In this document: positions 24,425 to 24,426 of the stretch, one piece after another
How positions within the stretch are numbered: the first letter of the stretch is position 1
How the letters are laid out: each line of letters begins with the position of its first letter
IMG/VR virus record: IMGVR_UViG_3300029775_000018
Coordinates: 1 to 24,426 of that record
Reading direction: 5' to 3' (one strand)
Length of the DNA stretch: 24,426 nucleotides
From: a virus
Lineage: Duplodnaviria > Caudoviricetes
The notes under the pieces: generated by a model
Databases searched by the model: none
Told to the model about the DNA's origin: nothing
Seen by the model: only the letters and a program-made list of their open reading frames with translations
Position numbers and translations under genes: made by a program

Positions 24425-24426
24425 TC

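Overview
Right-hand arm of a temperate Firmicutes (Clostridia-like) phage or prophage, apparently ending near 23.9 kb where AT-rich host-like DNA begins. From ~21.2 kb a tightly packed, translationally coupled minus-strand operon runs leftward. It encodes XRE and excisionase-type HTH regulators, a Rad50/SbcC ATPase split into two separate genes plus Mre11/SbcD, and a C5-cytosine methyltransferase with about 7 tandem target-recognition modules whose frame is broken at an (AG)7 tract. It continues with an HNH-AP2 protein, a RecU-like resolvase, an SF2 helicase, an AEP primase-MCM helicase fusion, a family A DNA polymerase, a membrane-anchored GH73 glucosaminidase (with an internal TAA and a nested second gene), and small accessory genes (DUF1599, MazG-like, metallopeptidase-like). 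The 21.2-23.5 kb switch region has near-consensus sigma-A promoters, three of which carry a TTGTC-N5-GACAA palindrome at the same position. The most interesting leads are the SSR-switchable multispecific methyltransferase, the overprinted gene inside the glucosaminidase, the split Rad50 with 47-aa repeats, the operator network and the apparent absence of GATC. All family calls come from motif recognition by eye; no database searches were run.
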